Source: Tubiluchus corallicola
Lineage: Eukaryota; Animalia; Priapulida
NCBI GenBank assembly: GCA_030141605.1
Contig: JAQGDQ010000214.1
Location: forward strand, 248,001-312,000
Length of the DNA stretch: 64,000 nucleotides
Direction: 5' to 3'
This document shows, piece by piece, positions 25,656 to 39,107 of this stretch (positions within the stretch are counted from its first letter, which is position 1; each line of letters begins with the position of its first letter). A program made the position numbers and the translations under genes. The notes under the pieces were generated by a model. That model saw only the letters and a list, made by a program, of their open reading frames with translations, was not told where the DNA came from and searched no databases.

Positions 25656-26678
25656 ATATGGTGTTGATGTTAAAACTGCATATATGCATACATATCCAAT
25701 CCTGAGTTTTTAAAGTTGCGTTATAGTCACTCGCGTTGAAGGTAGACTATTACAAGGCCACCCCTGTCCTATCGTAAATATTGGATGTTGGATAATTTAA
25801 AGACATTCTTGCGTGATTTTAACGTTTGCAGCTTGTTATAAATCGCGTTTATATACTTAACAGGAACTCTGTTTTCAAGATTCCCAGATAAACTGGCTTT
25901 CCCTCTAATTATCTCGAAAAGGATCAGCAAAGCTAGAAGATCCTTCTTTTTCCAAGAGCATCATCTGGTTGTCAAGGCAACGTGCATTGAACGTCGATTT
26001 TTCCGGGCGGAATTTTGCCACTTAAGGGAAGCTAGTCGAAAAGAGGAACCGTGCTTTGAGTATAACGAAGCTCATTAGAGTTCCTCGTAGGTAAAGCAAT
26101 AAGAGACGAAAGCACCAAAACATCTTTCCATATGTGTACAACAAGCGTAAAATTTCCTAGACTTCGCTCTGTGCTGTGGATAATGACGGCTTTTGAGGAA
26201 TTGCATAAACTACCCGAACAAAGTCTTTCAATGAAGAACCAGAGCAACTGAGGAAAGTTATTCCTTACATAAAAAAGTGGAATTGTAGCAAATTGTCATA
26301 ATGTAGGTTGATATCATAACATAGAAATACAGGCAGCAGCTGGTTATTGAACAGCTTTTTACAATATTCAACCGTAAAAACTTTATAGTGAACTCAAACG
26401 AATGTGATGCAGTACGCAAAAGCAAATTCGGGCTTTTGCAAAATGTATTAGAAATGCATGAAAATTAGTTTAGTTGTTGGTCTTCAATTTACATAACAAA
26501 AATGCGTTTTTAAGAACCGCTTTTTGTAGGTTTTTTAAGTGTTTCATTGTAATAAACACGTAAAATTAAAAACAAAAATTAATGCTATTATATATATATA
26601 TTTCTATTTTTTCTTATGATAACTTACTGCAATAGTTGTTCTGCATACTATGTTTATTTAAGACCAACATTTTAATAA

Positions 26679-27325
<647 letters not shown>

Positions 27326-27714
27326 ATAATAGTAATACTAATGGTAATGATAACGGTAAACAGTAACAGTAACGGTAACGGTAATGGTAACAGTAACAAC
27401 AGAAGTAGTAGTAACAGTAATAGTAGGTAACAGTAACAGCAATAGTAACAGTAACATTGACAGCAACAACAACATTAGTAGTAATTTATTCATTAGCGCA
27501 TAGTCCACATATGATTGCAATCAAACATACAATGTATAGCATTATAAACTAGTGCTGCAGCAAGATTGTGACGATAATAAAAGAAATAACTTAGTCATTA
27601 CAGTTAAAAAAATATGCAAGCCCTACAGATATTAAAATGCAGCAAACTTAGGTTTTTTGAGAATTTTGACCAATGACGTACAAAAGAAATTAACGTAATT
27701 TTCATCAACAGAAA

Positions 27715-27976
27715 CATTCCACGAGTTTTAACAAAACAAAAAAACTCGGCAAGTTTTACGATAAAAATTCAAATTTCAAATTTACCGCTGTGCTCACGCA
27801 TGCGTCTGATCTGAGAGGTACAGCACATGTCTGTGGCGCGAACGAGAAATTGCATTTTTGCGGTAATAATTCTTTCACGTAAGGCATTCTGGCAAAAATG
27901 GTATGTCTCCTTTCAATATTTTAAAGAGTAGATTATTTTGACTTACAGTTTAAGATTGGACCCGGTTTTATTTTAA
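27715..27976 (+). mobile_element. Dispersed repeat family B, internally deleted copy
   Basis: ggcaagtttta-gataaaaattcaa...aaatttaccg-tgtg-tcacgcatg...ctgagaggtaca...ataattctttcacgtaa...tttcaatattttaaagagtagatt...tttaagattgg shared with 41600-42034. Confidence 0.8.
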
Positions 27977-30502
27977 GATAAATTAAGCTGAATTGTTTTG
28001 CTCTCTCGTTTCTTTATCTTACTTTCTGTGTGTATTAAGCTAAAATAGAATAACCGACAATTCTATACTATTATAATGGAACTGAACATACTATTGTAAT
28101 GGAATTTTCTCAAGATATCGTCTAGCACTTTATATATTTGAACTCAAGTGCGAAGCTTAACGCAGTTCAAACTTGAATTTATATAGATTACATCGGGTGT
28201 CTATTATTAGCTTCCTACTTCGATAATCAGATAAGCAAAGTGAATTGCGGCACTTAATATTAATCATAAGTAATAGTAATGCGTTAGCACCTGTGCCGAC
28301 CTCCTCTCCGTGCTTGGATGATATTATCAGGTAGTCGTATTTGTTGCAGAAGAATAACCACTTACATTAGTTCTTGTGGTCACGCATATTTATCAGACAT
28401 TGCATGCTGCGCCTCCTTCATTAGTGCAAGCTCTAATTTAGGCACGTGCTTCATTCATTTGTCAATAGTTATCCAATACATCACCAGGTAAGCGTAATAT
28501 GGCCAGTGACGTCACAGATTGTGGGTCACTCTGAACTTCAGGTGATAATTCTATGTACATTTTACAAACCTCCGCTTTTACCATTTTGTACAGAATTTAC
28601 TTACAAATTATTAAAATACTGCATTAACGTGATAGCTTCACAGATATGATGTCACATAAAGTAACTGAATTCGTTGCTCATGTGTAACGTATCTTTGTGC
28701 TCACACAACGTCAGGCTGTATTAGTCTGAGCTAATTAAGAAGCTACCTGTAGTCTTGAGACAAAACGCGTGTCCGTGGGATGCAGCTATTGTTTCTTCGC
28801 ATCATTATGAATTAAATAATTAGGCCTATAATAACTATAATTTGTTCTCTTATACTAACATTAAAATATAATAGTTAGTATGTCAAATTCCAATCTAACA
28901 CATTTAAGGTAGTTAGAAAAGTAATAAATATGTCCTATCAAAGAGCACTGAAAACTGTGATTAAAAAGCCGAAACGGTCAACATTTAAACTTTGCAAACT
29001 ACAGTTCATTGAATACCATCAGTGCTTTCACATATCTTTCATTCCAACAAAGTATATACAAATGATTTATGCTTATTGTCATGTTTAAAAGCATTCGGTA
29101 ATTTCCATGAAAACAAATTTATTAATCCCATTTTAATTAACATCCAATCTGTAGTTTGATCTGGTTTTAAATCCACTAGTTTGAGCTACTCTGGCCAAAA
29201 AATGCCTAGAAACAAGTTGCTAAAATGCCAAAAAACTAGTACAACAATAAGCGCGTTAAAATCTTTATTAATTAGCCTTCCTACTTACAATACCACCCGC
29301 ATTGATCGAAACAATAATCATAACAATAAGCAATTTAAAGAATCATCACGCACGTTAGAAATTCTTTTCCAAACTCGGAAAAATTTTATATCCTTTGCAG
29401 GCCGGATATCGTCATAATCCTATGTTGATTTAAACCGACTTATTAATACTAAAGTCTAAATACCATAATCTTTATCGCTTGTATTTGTGTGGATCGCTTT
29501 GTGTGAAATATCGAGATAAAAGAGACCATTTGCTCATCTTTATCAGTAAGTGGAGTGCATTATGGTTAACAATGAGGACAAAATATTTCATTTACTTATC
29601 AAATTATCAGAACAAAATGTTACTTAAAACAGCAAGGGCTGCACAAATTAAAACTAGTTTTTTTAGAATTGTAGCCCTTCTCGTAATCTATAATAACATA
29701 TTTTATGCAAAACATAATTTTCAATTTTTTAATAAAAGTTAACTCATACTTTTTCTTGTTCAATAGCGTGACATTATTAATGCAATTAAATTTAATTTAC
29801 GCCAATCATATTTACGCCAATCATATTTACGCCAACAAGAATACGCGTCACGTAGGCCTACCGTCGTTAGTTTTATACAAATTAAGTTTTGTAATGGATG
29901 AGACGGCATGTATGTGTGGAAGAAACATTATCAGTTTGTAGGTTTTTCAGCCATACATTAAAGATAAGCATGATCTTTTGCTGGCTTCTATTTTATGGGT
30001 GCAGACTTTTAGATTTTCGATATTTTACTTTGAAAGAAACCATACAAAAATCGTTCATGAGTCGAGACATTTGCCTGTGCTAAACGGTTTTAGCTAAAAT
30101 TTTGTTAAAATTTCTATACCTAAATGTAAGATGTATGACGTCTCTAAGTGTGGCTTCAAACAGACCATTAAAATACTCTTAATATGAAAACTAAATAAAC
30201 ATTGTATACCTATATCACACCATAATAAGAAATTATTCTAGAGAACTACTACTATAGGCCTGTATAAGGAAATCTAAGGCAGAAAAATTTGATTTATAAG
30301 CGAACGACAAAAGAAATTCGAAAATCTCATTTGCATTGGAAAAAACGTAGCGCATTTCATGAGCATTCTAATCTCCCAGACACCAGCAGTAAGTTGTCTA
30401 TTTTACTATAAAGCATTTTTACACCCACGCAGCGGTAACAATGTTTGTTAATAGTGTAAATGGATTTTATTTAACGTTGGAATAAAAATGGCGGATTTTC
30501 CG

Positions 30503-31260
30503 TTTACAGTAAAACAGGACCCAATTTTAAACCACGAACCAAAATAATTTAACGTATAAAATATTGAAAGAGAAAATATCGTTTTTTCATAAAGATTTAC
30601 GTGAAGTTAATTATTACTGTAGAAATATAATTCTGCACTGTTAGTTTTCCCTGTTACGTCATTCGCTAGTTAAGGCCTATTTAAATGGTTCGTCAAAAAC
30701 GCATTGTGTAACTAGGCCCTAAGATGAAGAACAGCGCATGGAAACGCGATGCACAAAAGAAAACAGGCGCTGTACTGTTCAGTTCAGTTGTGACGTGCAC
30801 ACACTTGCAAAATCACGTGATGGCGGGGTGTTGTTTTTGTTTTTTTTGGTTGGGGTTTGTGTGGTGTTTTTCTCCTTTGCAAATACAGGGACTATTTGTG
30901 CCGTTAGAAAATCATTTTCAGTACTGATGTCATCCTTAGTTGCACTTGCTGTTTTGTTTTGTTGTTTTTGTTGTTGTAACGCGTTGCACAAAAAACAGGC
31001 GCTATACCTCTCAGTTCAGATGTTGTTCAGTTGTGATGCAGCAGAAATTTAAATTACTAAACGTAAAATTTGCTGTGTTTTGTGTATCACACTGAATGTT
31101 ATACAGTAGCAATGTGCTTCAATTTTCGCTTTCACAAACGCGTACAACACTCTCGCGAATTTTTGTGCTGTTGAAAATTATATTCATTTGTGATTTCACA
31201 ACTAACTGGGTCGCCAGCCGTTAATTACGTTTTTAACCTATTATTTAATCATCAGAAATA
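30503..31260 (-). mobile_element. Dispersed repeat family B, inverted copy just upstream of the Lhx2/9 promoter, with an internal duplication
   Basis: Reverse complement of 41500-42040 (e.g. tacctctcagttcagatg; ttttcgctttcacaaacgcgtacaacactctcg; gccgttaattacgtttttaacctattatttaatcatcagaaat); gcacaaaa..aacaggcgct..cagttcag occurs twice (30750, 30985). Confidence 0.75.
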
Positions 31261-31954
31261 TTTTAGTATTATTATAGGTGTTAAAATGTTTACTTTTATT
31301 GTATTTCAAAGTGGGATAGGATAGAAAAAATCATCCTGTTTTCCTTTAAATTGAGTCAAGAAGAGAAAACTAAGTAACATGTAGAGTAAGCGTATTCAAG
31401 ACTGCAAGCAACTAAGCAACGTGAATGCAGTATAAATGACAAAACATATTTATTTTTATTATTCTATAATGCAGAACAGGGGAACCTGTAAACCACGGGT
31501 GGGGGCACTTGAGTATAATTCATGTTTGATTGTACGTTACAATTATTTCTCGCTGTTTCGAGTTTTGGCAAGAGCGGATCCAGAAGAAGAGGTAACTGTA
31601 GGATCCATGTAATACATCTAATTTGAGTGCTCATGTATAAAGCACCCTTACGACGACGACGCGCCCCGGCTTTTGTGGGATATTCGCTCAAGTGGGCGGG
31701 GAGAATTAAACGAATAAACCTACTCAATGAAAAAAATCAACTCCTACTGCATAGTGGTCAGTGACTGCATTTCAATATTCCAAACATATTCATAATTACG
31801 GAGTAGTGCAATCCATTCCTCACACGCCTCAGCTCCTGCATGAACTGAAGAGCTTGGGACAGAGTCTCCGCTGACTTGGGAAAGAAGCAGCCTTCATTGC
31901 CTGAATAGCGAATAGAAACGGTGTGAAGTCTGTGAATAGGGTGTAGTGATGCTT

Positions 31955-32075
31955 ACAGCGCCCCGCCCACCCAATTACTCGCGATACAAGACGTGGGATA
32001 AAGTACATAGCAGTACTGTGTGTCCAACGACGGGACAACGTAGGAGATTCTAGCTTTTACTATTGTTATAAATGG
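31955..32075 (+). promoter_or_regulatory. Putative Lhx2/9 proximal promoter: GC box, CCAAT, TATA-like box
   Basis: gccccgccc at ~31960-31968, ccaat at 31971-31975, tataaa at 32067-32072, in a locally CpG-richer region ~160-270 bp before the ATG. Confidence 0.45.
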
Positions 32076-32230
32076 CACAGAACTTGGCGAGGAAGTTGTG
32101 GTCAAATCAAAGTGAAGTACAGAGGCTTGCCCGTTTGAAAGAAATGCATTAACAATTCATCACAATAAGCGATGCAAGTGCTTACACTGTTGTTTGCGCA
32201 ATTTAACAATTAGCGCAGTTCGTGAAGCCA

Positions 32231-32368
32231 ATGAGACCCGAGGAAAGGCTAGAGTCGGAAATGGTTGAGACGAAATCGTGTGACATGTCCGGACGAAGTT
32301 CAGTTGATCAGTGCATGCTCCGTCGGAATCTGAATCCGGATATTCAACGCGTGTCCGCCGCAAACCGG
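32231..32368 (+). CDS. Lhx2/9: Lhx2/9 (apterous) probable coding exon 1 (MRPEERLESEMVETK...VSAANR); start ATG uncertain
   Basis: Open frame ending at a consensus donor cgg|gtaagt, phase 0, compatible with the LIM1 exon; lies just after promoter-like motifs; N-terminus not recognisable by homology. Confidence 0.6.
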
Positions 32369-34612
32369 GTAAGTCCGATCACTGTCACAGAAGCAGGAGA
32401 CTCTGGGAAAATGGACATCAACGCCAGTTTAATGTAGATGACGAAGTAAAAAACAGTATAGTTCGTACTAAAATTAATAAAAAATAACATAAACGACTGC
32501 TCTAAATTTCCCGACCAGAAGGTTCATTCAGATAGGAAAAGTATAAGAAAAAAATTTAATCTTATATATCAAACGAAATCTATTTAATCTTACAGATCAA
32601 ACAAAATCTAACACGTAATTTTGTCTATCAAGCACCACTGATTGATACTAAAATATATAACATGTGATACATAATGTATAACAAACTATACATGTATGTG
32701 CCAAATTGGTTTTTACAGTTTATTTATACGCATTTACAGATCATTTTACTAGTTTTAGTATTCATTATTGTGCGTATCTAAAATTAAAAATCATATCTAA
32801 AATTAGTTTTGCAATGATGCAGATTTATTGAAAATTTACAAATTACAGCTAGTGATCTCTTATGTATTTACGAGTAGGTAAATGTAAAATACATCCTGTG
32901 ACTAATGTCATACAACTTTCATCAGGTTTAATACTGGTATTAATTTACAGAATTATATTAATTGCAAATAAAAATGTAAACTTTATACAGTGGTATAATG
33001 ATAATTCATATGAGCCATTATAAGATTGTTTTAAAAAGAAAATAAGTTTTGGCGATGTGAGCTTTTAATATAAATTTTAATGCATCGTCTACACATACCA
33101 TGCATAATGTAATAAAGGAAATAAACGTATGAACAGTGCACAGCCTATTGTTCTTACAGTCGCTATGAACGATTTCTATGACTGAGGGACATTTTTCTAA
33201 GCAATCTATTCTACCATTTTTGTTCTAAATGCAATTAAGCATAGAGACTAAAGTGGCAATAATATTATGTTGTCCTCTGAATTTTCCATGCTACTTTGAA
33301 CTATATAGTACTATGGGTTTCACATACACGCACACCCACACATCTGCCGGCCACATTGACCGCGGGCTTAGCAAAATCTTTGATTTCGTCTAAAAGTCAG
33401 CAAGGGTCAAGCAGAGATGTTTACTTTTACTTATAAAAATTTACCTATAACGCATTCATCTGAGAATTAAAAACTCTACTTCATACAATAAAAATTAGTG
33501 TAAGTACAAAAATGTTAAAATAACGAAAATTGCCACTGTAAAAGGCTGGGCTTGAACTCCAAGCGACGGCGTATATTTGCGTAGAAACTGAGCGGCGTGT
33601 TTGCTAATGTTAATTTTTTTAATTTTGCTAGTGTTAATGTTAATGTTAATGTTAATAATTATTGCTAACATTACGCTATTGTGTTTATATGCCATGCACA
33701 ATGAGATGTGAAACGAATAACATATGGTGACATAGCTCTGCAAAAATGAACTCTTTTAGATGCTGCGTATTTCAACAGATGGGTAATACAAATTCACTTT
33801 TTTCTAGACACATTTCCGAAAAAGCCGCCTATAAAAATTAGATTTTCTAAATTCTACTTTGAAGATTTAAAGATCGTCATTTAGTTATCAGTGAGATGTA
33901 TGTATGGCATAGACACAAAAGACGTATTTGTAACTAGTAATTAACATACTTTAATGCCAAGTAATGATTATAATCATCATGTTATCAGAGATAAGGTTGA
34001 AGTTGACTTGAAAGCACATCGTGGTAACACCTTAAGGCCTGTCTTGGTTGATGTCCTGGATTGCCACCGAGATTTCAAGCTTTTTTGCAAATATAAATAT
34101 TATAATTCAGTAAAGACATTGAAATCTGTAACCTCAAGCAGATTTTCTCCTATAACTCCTATACTTGCCGTGTGTATGCGAACTATGAGGATGAACTGTG
34201 TACGAGCTCACGAGTATCACTTGCTAAATCTGTCGTCTCTCAAGCATTTCCTCAACTTACCAAAATGACTGCGCATTTTTTACTTGTTTAAGCAGACGTT
34301 TGCTGAGACGAGACACGCCGTCATTTCATGTGGTTTTAATTAGCCTAGAGTTTCAACTTTCTAGCGAAGCGAATCCAAGGTGAAGCCCTGCCTGACCATA
34401 GATATAAAACTTACTTAGCTTGAATGCCTCTCCACCAGAAATAGGTTTTTAATCTAGGAGTTACATGCATGTATATTGATAATGAAGTGATTTTTCTCGG
34501 CTTTGAAATTACAAATGTAGTAAGTGCCTATTACTATAAACTATGACTACATATTGTACTGTAACAACATGCTGTTTGGTTTCTATTCTCCGTATATACA
34601 CTCTGTCTCTGT

Positions 34613-34613
<1 letters not shown>

Positions 34614-34654
<41 letters not shown>

Positions 34655-34688
34655 TGCGTGCGTGTGTGTGTGCGTGTGTGTGTGTGTA
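34614..34688. repeat. (CA)n followed by (TGCG/TG)n; self-complementary alternating purine-pyrimidine tract
   Basis: Direct reading. Confidence 0.9.
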
Positions 34689-35510
34689 TAACATACATGT
34701 TATCTAGTTAATAGCATAAGTATATATTAATTATGATTTGTTGCTATGTTAAAATACGCTAAGTGCATTTTGAAAAACAACCAGAGTCAATAAAACTTCT
34801 GGGGGACACGTGTTACTGAATTCCCTGTGAACCAAGAAGCCTTGAAATCGGCACATTACTGACAAGACATCAAATTCTCCCATATGAGCTTATCCACGCA
34901 AATCCCAGAGAAAATAAGCGTGTAGTATTGCATAGCTAATGAATTACAGGGTATTCAGGAAGCCGCTCGACACATTTATGTAGACGTGGTCAAATAATAT
35001 ATACACCGGTAACTTGAAAATTAATCGTTTATGGCAATAGCCCCAAGCTCGGACATCCTAGCTGGAAAATTCAACAACAACAATCCTTCACGAATAAAAG
35101 TTCACAATAAAGAAACATGCACGAAATACAAACGTCTCACTGCATTTTTAATGTATTTACTGTCGTAATTTTTATCTTTAAAATTTCTTTACTGTGATAA
35201 ATGAGGCTACACAAAGTCAGAACAGTGATTTTAGCTTCACTACTTTTCCGGGCATTTTTGTAATTAAGAGCTGTGATTAAGATTTAATTACGTGACTGAA
35301 AAACTGCCAGCCAAACCTACAATTAATCTGCACATATTTTTGTAAAGTTGGTGTAATTTGTACTTTTTTTGAACTTGTTAGATAAACCTCACTCTTTGTA
35401 AACACGCAATCCATGCAGTCAGTATGTGCAATGCATTTTATGAATATAATATTAAATTTGAGAATGTTTAATGTGAGAATATTAAAAGAAATCTCTATTT
35501 TTCGTGTATT

Positions 35511-35966
35511 CAGTGCTGGATTTTGATTCTGCAGTTCCCTAGGCTACAGACACTGTGGAGAGCCCCGGCCTCCAGTGACAATTTACAAAAGCGTGAATGT
35601 TGGATTCTTCAAATCAGTTTATTCACTAATTCAACATCTACGACACAATGCCAAGATTAGGCCCACATACATGGATGCAGGTTTAGCACAATAAAAAAGA
35701 AGAGATGTTTTGATATTTAAAAAATTAAAATAGTTTATTAAAATATTAAAAACAATACGTACAAATTAAAAAAAAATAAATTGCTGGTATTTACCAGTGT
35801 GTCAGTACCAATGAGGTGGAATAGCGGACACGAAAGCAATTCCAATATTATATAGCATTAATTGAGCGTACTTCTGTAATAGGTTTTTACAGTAAATTTA
35901 TCTTATTTAATCTCTGCAGACGCCCCCCCACCCTAGTTAGCGGATGCCCCTTAATCCGGCACGCTG
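35511..35966. mobile_element. Putative MITE with CAG..CTG termini and a tgtatt target duplication, 80 bp upstream of Lhx2/9 exon 2
   Basis: tgtatt|cagtgctggatt ... aatccggcacgctg|tgtatt. Confidence 0.55.
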
Positions 35967-36046
35967 TGTATTAGTGGCATATTGCTTAGTTATAACTATA
36001 AAATGTTATTAAAGCATATCAAAAAGATTAATTTCGTTTTTTTCAG

Positions 36047-36270
36047 TTGCAGGCAATGCCAGTGATAAACGGGGACTACTCGTCTACGGATTTCCCGTCT
36101 ATTTGCGCTGGATGCGGAGGCAAAATCATTGATAGGTACTACCTTTTAGCTGTAGATAAACAATGGCACGTTCACTGCCTCACCTGCTGTGAATGCAAAA
36201 TTCGTCTGGATTCAGAACTCACCTGTTTTGCAAAGGACGGAAGCATTTACTGTAAAGACGATTATTACAG
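36047..36270 (+). CDS. Lhx2/9: Lhx2/9 exon 2, LIM domain 1
   Basis: CAGCGGKIIDRYYLLAVDKQWHVHCLTCCECKIRLDSELTCFAKDGSIYCKDDYYR, diagnostic of Lhx2/Lhx9/apterous LIM1; acceptor tttcag|, donor ag|gtatgt (phase 2). Confidence 0.98.
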
Positions 36271-36518
36271 GTATGTGAGTACATTTTAAGTTTGTAGACG
36301 GTTCAAGATCATTTTCGTCTTATCAGTTTTTTGTCTTTCCTTCAGTGCAGAAACTACGCAAGACTGTCACATATTTCCATAATGACTATTCACTTTAAAA
36401 GTGATCTCTTTCTTATAAATTTTCTAATTAGAAATTTTTCTAAATCACATTTTATAGCCTCCATGGCATTAACCCAATTCCCAAGACATGAAAATATAAG
36501 AAATGTCAGAAAACCGAA

Positions 36519-36568
36519 ATGATGATAATGGTAATGATGATGATCATGATAATGATGATGATGATGAC

Positions 36569-36627
<59 letters not shown>

Positions 36628-36641
36628 GATGATGATGATGA

Positions 36642-36711
<70 letters not shown>

Positions 36712-36737
36712 ATGATGACGACGATGATCATGATAAT
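36519..36737. repeat. (GAT)n microsatellite near the 5' end of Lhx2/9 intron 2
   Basis: Direct reading. Confidence 0.95.
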
Positions 36738-37891
36738 AAATTCTGAAGTGACGTACGCCACATGTAGAAAATTTACTAAATCTGTGCGAGCCCGTTTAGT
36801 GCTCTCAACTTTGAACAGTCCGCAAAAAATTAATATTTCGCTTATAAACTGAATACAGCTTATAAACACTGTATTGAATGACATAATTATGGGTTTTCAG
36901 CTGCCGAAATGTTAACTTTGGATATTTTATCTGCAATAATACTGTATCTCTATCAGTACGCGGTATACTATTGCAAGTATGACTTGTATGAAGAATCCAA
37001 CTACTACGTGCAATGTTCGTGTATTCTTGGTTATTGGTGGCAGGTCTCATACGTTGTTTGGTAACCTATGCCAAAATCTCACAACACAGAGTTGTGTTCT
37101 AGTTTTAGGTACTTATTATCGAGCCCTCACCCCGTCATGCGTATGTGTCAGAATATTTCTTCATGATTTACATTCTTTGCCCTTTCTGACTTTTATCTAA
37201 ATGTTATTATTGATAAAAGTAACACAGTTCACTGCTACGAATTACCAGCGTACAGCTATCCAGAAAACTAACATCTTGCCGTTGTCTAGCATTGCTTTGA
37301 GCAAATCTCCTCCCACATTATAGCGCAAGTGCTCATCCCTGTAACTATGCCACGCATTCATATAGCACACCTGCAGAGAGTTTAGTAAAATGTCTATAAT
37401 AAATACTTACAGACAACTTCAGGCCATGTGTACTCCATAGAAACTTAATTACAAAACCGTATGCTATCGATGATCAATTTACAACTGAAATTATATTCTT
37501 TTTTGCTAAATTTGTACGCTTTGCTTTGTGCATAAATCTTTAAATAAAGTTTGTAAATGCTTCCTACAGACAAAACGCTTTTAATTCATTACTGGAATAT
37601 ATATATATATATAATATATTCGCATATAATTATAAAACAGATGCATGAATTGCTTGCAATCGTGTATTAGTGTTCAAATGGGTATTTGTGGATTTTTGTG
37701 CGATTTTTGTGCGAAAAAACTACGCGAAATGCTTCAGATAATAACATCTCTAGGGTAAGTTAAAAATGCCCCGGACGAAAAACATGGGCCTGTGTACGCA
37801 AATCATACCTGGGACAAAATGTTTAGTATTAATCTAAAAACAGCTAAAGTTTAAAATTTCCCACACAGAAAAAAATTAGTTCGTGAAGCAG

Positions 37892-37950
37892 ATTAGGGTA
37901 AAGAATGGGGTTAAGGTTGGGGTTAAGGTTAGGGTTAGGGTTAAGGTAAG
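37892..37950 (+). repeat. Degenerate interstitial (TTAGGG)-like repeat
   Basis: ggttaaggttggggttaaggttagggttagggttaagg. Confidence 0.7.
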
Positions 37951-38040
37951 TGTATTCAAGTTATGTGGGGAATTGTAAACTATTTCCCTAGAACAAACCA
38001 CGATAATTCTTATGAATATTATAGCCAGTATAATGAGCAT

Positions 38041-38439
38041 GCGTGGTGGTTAATGCCATTCACTTGAAAATCGTGACGTAACTGGGAGAATTCTTAACAT
38101 TTCGTAAGCGCGCGCTGCTTAAGCTAATTCAAACTTCTGCAATTTACCTAATGTTCATTCAAAAACATTACAAAATCGTTATCTATTTTTTTTTACAAAT
38201 CTTATTATACTTTTAATGGAAATTGACAGCGCGCTACTTTTCTTCAATACGAATGACGTCATTGGAGGAAGAATGAACTTCCAGAACGGGAGCGCCCAAG
38301 CATGTAGTGATCGCAGCTTTAAAGTGCTTTTACTAATCACACGAGGCGTTTGTTGCGTTTTTATTACTAAGTCTTTCTAACACTTTTAGCGAAAATTGAA
38401 ATAAGCCTAACCTCCTAGAAGGCTTGGTCTTTCCTTTAA
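38041..38439 (-). mobile_element. Dispersed repeat family C (DNA-transposon-like end TTAA|AGG), inverted relative to 53580-53985
   Basis: gccattcacttgaaaatcgtgacgtaactg...gcgctacttttcttcaa..cgaatgacgtc..cccaagcatg-agtgatcgc..aaataagcctaac-tccta-aaggcttgg-ctttcctttaa is the reverse complement of 53580-53985. Confidence 0.85.
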
Positions 38440-38526
38440 TTCTTGCAATAGGCACGTCGTCTCGCATGCATATAAGGCTTGGTCTTTCCTTTAATTCTTG
38501 CAATAGGCACGTCGTCTCGCATGCAT
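38419..38526. repeat. 55-bp tandem duplication
   Basis: aaggcttggtctttcctttaattcttgcaataggcacgtcgtctcgcatgcat at 38419 and 38474. Confidence 0.95.
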
Positions 38527-39107
38527 GTAATTGAATATATTGTAACAAATTGCCCGTAAAGGAGAAGCATGTGTCGACCAATATGCCACTTAGCTATTCA
38601 TTAATTTTTGATGGCGACCATGAATAAGCTGATTAATAAGCAACAACGGTAACAATAAAGCAGCCCTTTGGACCGTTATTATGTAAAACTGAGCAACATA
38701 TAATCAGAAATACGTATTTTTAATAATCCTTGATTTTTTAAAAATATAAATAATTCAGGAACTAAACATAGAATAAGAATTATAATCAATATTTTACATT
38801 ATAAAAATTTGATTTTTCACAACCTCGTTGTTTTTTTAAATCAATCCATTTCTTCTTTAGTTGGTTCATTAGTCTGTTTGCTTGACTGTTCGTAGGTTTG
38901 TTTAGGTTAGCTGTTTTCTGCTTTACTTATTTGTTAATTCCTTTGCGTTATTTGTTTATTTGTTCTTATCTAAACTGCCAAAACTTAGTTTCTCAATATA
39001 AACGAACGCATGAAAACTGGTGTGAAATGTCAGGTATTAGTTAAATTTGCTTAGGATAACCTCTCTAGTGTGTTAGCCTCTTAAAAACTATGATCAAAAC
39101 AATCATT

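Noticed and set aside
33540-33600. Additional tRNA-like B boxes (GTTCAAG on the minus strand; also ~8910)
   Set aside because: No cloverleaf or A box could be folded around them.
35255-35330. TAATTA clusters as Lhx2/9 autoregulatory sites (also 28730, 23320, 6410-6490)
   Set aside because: TAATTA is expected often by chance in such AT-rich DNA and cannot be supported without conservation or ChIP data.
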